Below, in pieces: positions 40,829 to 64,000 of a stretch of DNA of 64,000 nucleotides. Within the stretch, counting starts at the first letter, position 1. Each line of letters opens with the position of its first letter. This stretch comes from Tubulanus polymorphus. Lineage: Eukaryota > Animalia > Nemertea. The position numbers and the translations under genes were made by a program. Location: the NCBI RefSeq assembly GCF_964204645.1, contig NC_134035.1, positions 1,612,001 through 1,676,000 of the forward strand, read 5' to 3'. The notes under the pieces are model-generated. The model had not been told where the DNA came from, ran no database searches, and saw nothing but the letters and a program-made list of their open reading frames with translations.

Positions 40829-42860
40829 GCAGACCCCGTTCCAGCTGCTGCCTTCCCAGTTAGGCGCCCTAGGCAGCGGACCCTCTGGCAGCCGCACCCT
40901 GGGCGGCTGTGGGAGGGGGAGTTACGGGAGGTAAGCATCATCTCAACATCAATGAGATTTGATATTGTACTAACCAGGTGGCGATCGCGTCACCGAAACC
41001 ACCAGATGGCGATCCCACCATTTATGCCACCAGATGGAAATTTTACGCTTCATCAGCTAATAACGAAAATGTTGCAGCCGCCGTGATATTTCAAGGTAAG
41101 ACATATTCGATTTTAATCAATTAAATCTCAACATCGTCGAGAAGAAAATGTAGCCCCTGATGCCACAGAAAATAGTAAGTCTACACATATTCATGATCCT
41201 ATTTTAGATATGTCCGTTTGTAGCCAGACATTTTTGGTGGATGGGTTTATATATACTTATGTAAAAATGGCAAATCTCACTTGCCCGGGCGGAACCAAGA
41301 ATTCTAAATAAGAGCTGAAACGTTCGTATTTTCAGTTGTACATATTGAATACACGCATACCAAGCGGTCCAGTTCCAGTTAAGATTTGACTCAGTAGAGT
41401 TAAAACATCAAAACGAGTTAATTCTATAACTAAATGATCGAAAATATCCATTTCGATTGTGATCAAATTGATAAGTTTAACTAGATTCTCAAAGTCCACC
41501 AGATGGCGATCCCACCAGTTACGCCACCAGATGGCGATCCCACGCTTCATTAGCTGATAATGAAAATGTTGCAGCCGCCATGACATCTTAGGACGTATTC
41601 AATTTTAATCAATTAAATCTTAACATCATGATTGTTATTATATTATAGGAAGAAAATGCAGCTCTGTTGCAGTTGTCGCCGCACCTGCACCTGAGCCAGC
41701 CCGAAAAGGGCCCGCGTTGGTGCCGTGAAAGTAAGTTTGATTTGCGTCAAATCATTTTAAGTTCGATAATCTGGGCAGGGTTTTATAGACCACATCATTT
41801 TCTCCTAGGGGTAAATCCTCAACCTTGGCCCGATTTCATAGACCGGGTTTCAATGTTGCCCCCAGCGGTAAATCCTCAACATAGGTGACAACCACCATTG
41901 TAACAATGATAAACTATGGTAATAACTGACAAATTTTTAAATGTTTCCAGTTGTCCGAGCGTTCAAACCACTTTTCAAGTGATTTTCGCGTCTCTGCACC
42001 CACAGTTCATGGTTATTCATGAAGACTTGACCATTATTTCCTGTTTTAAGTCGTGTAGATTATTATCATTGTGGTTCACCAATGATTATGAGGATATTTT
42101 ATTGTTTTCAAAATTTGCATCGGAAAAAGAATTATCCCTGAATCTCTCTGGTCCTACCGAGCTATTCACATATAAGAATCCCTGAACCTTTCCGGTCCTA
42201 CCGAGCTATTCACATATAGAATCCCTGAACCTTTCCGGTCCTACCGAGCTATTCACATATAGAATCCCTGAACCTTTCCGGTCCTACCGAGCTATTCACA
42301 TATAGAATCCTTGAATCTCTCTGGTCCTACCAAGTTATTCTGATACCGAATTCTCTAAACAGTAAGAAATAATTTAATGTTTCGATGATTTAATCAATGT
42401 TGATCGTTTTGTTTTTTCCAGAGAGACGAAATGCCGTTACGGCGCTCCCCACGGCTTCGACGCCGTAGAGTAAGTTTGAATTGTTTACTGAGTTAGTGGT
42501 ATTCCAGACCTGATAACGACTTTGAGAGTAGTGCCTCCATTTTTAAGAGCTTTGAAATATCAAAATACTTTCAAGATCACAATGATTTCTAGTTGTGGTT
42601 ATTTTTCGATCTCTTTCATCTGAACCTTGGCTGTGGGAGGGGGAGTTACGGGAGGTAAGCATCATCTCAATTTGTTTATTTAACAATCATTGAAGAGATT
42701 AGGCGGAATATCGCCGTGGATCCGCGGTATTTAGTTAATTTTTTGACGCGATGTAAGTACAACTTTTTGCACTTATATTATACTCTCTACTTTCTCTTTT
42801 CACTGATCACATCATTTTTCATCCCCCGCTCGTGTTGAGATAAATATCCTCAACGTATAT
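40829..42860 (+). pseudogene. Inverted, order-scrambled partial paralogue of the micro-exon gene
   Basis: Exon homologues at 40829-40930 (ADPVP...WEGELRE, 30-nt deletion), 41141-41174 (EENVAPDATEN, acceptor lost), 41649-41730 (frameshifted chimera ending SPKRARVGAVK), 42422-42469 (RDEMPLRRSPRLRRRR) and ~42629-42654. Intron 41731-42130 is the reverse complement of ~52800-53231; ~42700-42860 matches ~50620-50790. Confidence 0.75.
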
Positions 42861-43874
42861 TGAATAAAGTACTGGCTGTAATGGTGTAAAACTATCTTGC
42901 TCTATCCGTTATCAATTACACTTTCCTGTTCGACCAATAATCAGAAGATTATGTATCAAAAGAAATCCTTTTCTCAAATACTGACAAAACTTGAGAGTGA
43001 GAAGCAAAAAACATTTTCATGCCGGTATCACGGTTCCCTCAGTTATATGAATTCAGAATTCCCAAGTATTTCATGGGTGATTTTTCAATTTTCCCAAATG
43101 GCAATGAACACATATCGTCATGCAACAGTCAACATTTTAGCGGTGACTGGTTAATAAAGGTGATTTTCAAGGGAAATTGCTGAAGAAAGTTGCCCTTGGC
43201 AAATACAACATGCGAAATATAATGAATTTCCCAAGTATTTTCCTGATATAAGGAAAATTTTTCAAATTCCCAAATATTTCCAAACCGGGAATTATTATTA
43301 CAAAATTCCCAAGTTTTTCCCAATTTCCCTGTTCTGTGGGAACCATACGGTATAATCCGCACATCGTAAACGGATGCATAGCAAAAATCGAAAAAATAAT
43401 TTGGTGTCTATAATTTGAGAATGTACCTTTATAAGAATAACTTAGTATACATGTGACTAAATATACACATAACTAGACATACACAAACCTAGACATACAC
43501 ATGCCTAGACATACACATGACTAGACATACACATGACTAGACATACACATGACTAGATACACACATGACTAGATACACACATGACTAAGTATTCAGGTGA
43601 CTAGTCAGAGACTGCATTCGTGTTTTAATAGTTGTTATCATTGTTTCCAGAGGGTTGGAGAAACCTCTGGGGAGTTACTGGACATATCCCGTGAATCGTA
43701 GCGGTCTAACCAGGAAGATGACCATATCCAGACCAACCAGAATACCCGCTTTTGAAAACCCTCTTACATCTTCCCATATTGCTGGCTGAATGCGTGCTCG
43801 CGGCGCGTGTTGGGCGTAAATTCTTGATATCTGCACCGGCAACGTGGACCTGAGTAAAAGCTCAGCAACAATTT

Positions 43875-44360
43875 AGAGGGGAGTGGGTAGACCAGGGAGG
43901 GAATAGGGCAGGACTATGGGAGAATTTGGGAGGGGAGCAGAAATGGGAGTAAGAGGGAGATAGAAAAGAGGTAAGGAGGAGGGCAGAGTATAAAGAGAAG
44001 AGGATATGAGGGAGGGAGGGAGGATATGAGGGAGGGATGCAGGGAGGATATGAGGGAGGGATGCAGGGAGGGAGGATATGAGGGAGGGAGGGAGGGATGC
44101 AGGGAGGGAGGGAGGGATGCAGGGAGGGAGGACAAGAGGAAGTGAAAGAGGAGGGCAGAGCATAGAGAGAAGAGATTAGGGCAGGGTAGGGAAGAGGATG
44201 TGAAGAGGAAAGGGAGAGAGGGAGGATCAGGTATGGGAGAGGATGAGAGGAAGAGGGTTAGGGTAAGGAGAGGATGGTAAAGGAGAGAGGCAAGAAACGT
44301 GGAAGGGAGGAGGAAAAGAAGAGAGAGAGGAGGAGCAGGGTAGAGGGTAGAGGAAAGAGG
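43875..44360. repeat. Polypurine (GGA/GGGA-rich) low-complexity tract
   Basis: Direct inspection. Confidence 0.9.
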
Positions 44361-46746
44361 GAGCCAAAACTAGGGATGCAATATCCAGTTATACTAAGTG
44401 AAAATACCAAGAATTTACGTGCCAAGATAAATGGGGAGGGCCTACAAAAAAAAGTCTAAGAAAAAAAAACCTAAGAAAACGAAATACCTAAAAAAGTGTT
44501 TGGAAAAAAATCAGGAATTTCTGAAAATATTGTGACAAATTTTGAATATTTTTGCTATATGATTTTTAAGAATGGTCTAAAGAGCAACGAACCCAGTTTC
44601 ACGGAGTATAATTTGACAATGATTGGTTCTAACTCAATCCTAAACTGAATATCTTCGTGAAACTGGGCCCACATAGGATTACCAACCACCCCCACAACCC
44701 GAACCCATCCTCAACCATGTCCCTACACCCCATCCCAGGGTTTAATGGGTTCAGACGACACGCGTGAAGAACTAACAATCATTCTCGCAAAAACAGAACC
44801 AACATTCACTGTATACAACATTCACACACACACACGCACACACATATACTAAGAGAAGCTTCGTAATTGAAACGTTGAAATTAATTTCGAATATTTCATT
44901 CAATTAATGGATTCACAAAAAAGTATCAACTCCTTAAACGAGTTTCCAAACGTTTTTGTTTAACTTTGCCTAGGATCGAAACATCACGAATTGTTATGAA
45001 ATCCGAACTCCAAATCTATTTCAAATTTTCAATTACGTTCTTCTGAGAAAAAACAAAAGAAGACCAATCTTAATAATGATTATTTCAAAAATTTTCTAAA
45101 ATATCAAAACATTCTCAGTAGTTCCCGACGCAGAAAAAATTTTGCCTAGAATTTTGCCTAAGTTAAACCTAATTTAACCTAATATATTTTGTCTGGGATC
45201 GATTTTTTCGGATATTTCCTTGAATCATTTGAACACTTGCCTCAACTTGGGCTTAAACGACAAGTGAAACTGCGTACTCTGAATAAAACATTGTTTCTTA
45301 TAATCCATTTTACACTGTATCGAAGAATTGTCAACAAGTCTAATAGGGAGAACAATAGACTCAATTTTTTTTAAATAAATCAAAAATAAATTAAGTTCAG
45401 AAATTAGCCTACACCTTTCACACCTAAATACTGAAATATTTTCCAAATGATCAAAATTATAATTTGTCGGCTTGAAAAAATTGGAAACACATTGTTAGAA
45501 ATGAAAAAAATGGAGTCTCTTTTCTCTTATTCAACTAGAGTAGATTCTTTTTCTATCTTTCAATACAGCATAAAATGGATATAAAAGCTAGTTCATTTAG
45601 ACTGCACCGTTTCACTATCATATCAAGACCAAACTCGAGGCATGCGTTCAAAAGAAAATTATCCCGAAAAATCTACCACAGACAGAAAAATATAAGACTT
45701 ATGTTAGATAAGAAAAAAAAAGAAAAAAAACCGAACTCCTTAAAATTGTAATAATAAAGCCTAAATTATCACTAAACCTAAACTATAAAAAAAAGGTGGG
45801 AAGAGGGGGGCCAAGATCTCGGCACAGCGAGCCAGGGGGGTTAGTGCACATCCTGCGCTCGCTAGGAGGGTACATGACCACCCTCCCGCAACCTCGGGAG
45901 GACCTCCTACTGCAGCCTCGGGAGGTCTTATGCCTCGTGCTACAGCCTAGGGAGATTTTATACCTCCTATTCCGTCACTTCCGACGGAAATACGCCATTG
46001 CCAGCTATGGAAGAATGGGATGTATGTTTTGTGCGAGTTTATCTCCGGAAGGCCCGGATCTGCGGCAATCAACCCAGCACCGTACGATTCATATCGAGAT
46101 ATGACTAGTAACTCCGAGAGGTAGCCCAACCATAGAAACAATGATAGCAACTAGTAAAACAGAATACAGAGTCTGACTAGTCACAAGAATACCTAGCCAC
46201 GTATATACCTAGTCATGTGTACACCTAGTCATGTGTACATCCAGCCATGTGCACACCTAGTCATGCGTACATCCAGCCATGCGTACATCCAGTCATGTGC
46301 ACACCCAACCATGTGCACACCTAGTCATGAGTACATCCAGCCATGTGCACAACTGGTCATATGCATACTTAGTACCTGAATACATATGTACCAAGCACCT
46401 AACAGCACCTGCACCTAAAAGGATCTGCACCTGTACCTGAGAGCATCTGCACCTGTACCTAAAAGGATCTGCACCTGTACCTTATAGTATCTGCACTTGG
46501 AAAATTGACCGCAATTTTCGCAGAGTAATTTTTACTCAAATTGTTGAAAATTAGAAAATATTGACGAGGCGAACACGTCGAAAAAACGTTTGACACGCAA
46601 AATATTGTTTTAGAAAAAATCGGTTCAAAAAAATGCCAAGATATCGATTGACGGTTTTTCGAATAATCTGAACTCAATTGAGCTGATTATCAATTTATCG
46701 ACTGATCGACTTTCAACTGACTACTACGACCGAGTCACTGACTGAC

Positions 46747-47370
46747 AAAGACTTACTGACTACTACTGAACATGACTGCTGTGATTGAGTGACTGCTACA
46801 GAGTCACCAATACTATTACTATTAATGACAAAATGACTACTACGAGTCACTGACTACAACTTAGTGACTACTATTAACCAAAAAATGACTACTACAACTG
46901 ACTTATAAAGACTTACTGACTACTACTGATCATGACTGCTGTGATTGAGTGACTGCTACAGAGTCACCAATACTATTACTATTAATGACAAAATGACTAC
47001 TACGAGTCACTGACTACAAATTAGTGACTACTACTAACCAAAAAATGACTACTACAACTGACTTATAAAGACTTACTGACTACTACTGATCATGACTGCT
47101 GTGATTGAGTGACTGCTACAGAGTCACCAATACTATTACTATTTATGACAAAATGACTACTACGAGTCACTGGCTACAAATTAGTGACTTCTATTAACCA
47201 AAAAATGACTACTACAACTGACTTATAAAGACTTACTGACTACTACTGATCATGACTACTGTGATTGAGTGACTGCTACAGAGTCACCAATACTATTACT
47301 ATTAATGACAAAATGACTACTACGAATCACTGACTACAAATTAGTGACTACTACTAACCAAAAAATGACT
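46747..47370. repeat. 160-bp tandem repeat, ~4 copies, just downstream of the micro-exon gene stop
   Basis: AAAGACTTACTGACTACTACTGA at 46747, 46907, 47067 and 47227. Confidence 0.92.
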
Positions 47371-47559
47371 AGTATGACTGCGTAACTTGACTGAATGACT
47401 ACACTACTACTGCTGATTAACTGACTACCATGACCGATGAAAAAAACTGTTTCGTTGAACTGCTGATTACCCGGATACAGGAAGCAGTTGAATCGTAAAT
47501 GACCCAGTGAAGCAGTGAACAAACAAGCCTACCTCGTTACTGGATCATTTACGATTCAT

Positions 47560-63879
<16,320 letters not shown>

Positions 63880-64000
63880 CTGTAAAAGAATAAAATTCAT
63901 TAATACAAAGCCTAGGAATTGGTAAATCGACCATGGAAAACATCATCTTGTTTTGCAGAAAATCTACCAGGCGAAAGAAAAAAACGAGTCGGAATCTATT

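Overview
Repeat-rich, AT-rich eukaryotic DNA, most likely from an invertebrate animal (GT-AG introns, tRNA-derived SINE heads, MITEs, satellites; no prokaryotic operons and no CRISPR). Almost all ORFs in the supplied track are artefacts of repeats. The main real gene is largely missed by the track. It is a minus-strand micro-exon gene (47560-63879, start upstream of the window) with 21-22 coding exons, including 15 consecutive phase 0-0 exons of 27-60 nt. It encodes a probable degenerate KH-like domain followed by a long disordered tail in which most micro-exons carry one short linear motif. Facing it on the plus strand (40.8-42.9 kb) is an inverted, scrambled, probably pseudogenic set of the same exons. 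There the micro-exons are heavily recoded at synonymous sites while the flanking introns are almost identical. Other contents: two minimal hammerhead-ribozyme-like motifs in one intron; a 3.3-4.1 kb tandem triplication (7.3-18.9 kb); a nested ~2 kb macrosatellite with a repeated GT-AG intron and 29-bp arrays that grow by exactly 9 units per copy (26-33.5 kb); a near-perfect 28-bp array; and a palindromic 39-bp satellite. All gene models were read by eye and need RNA-seq confirmation.
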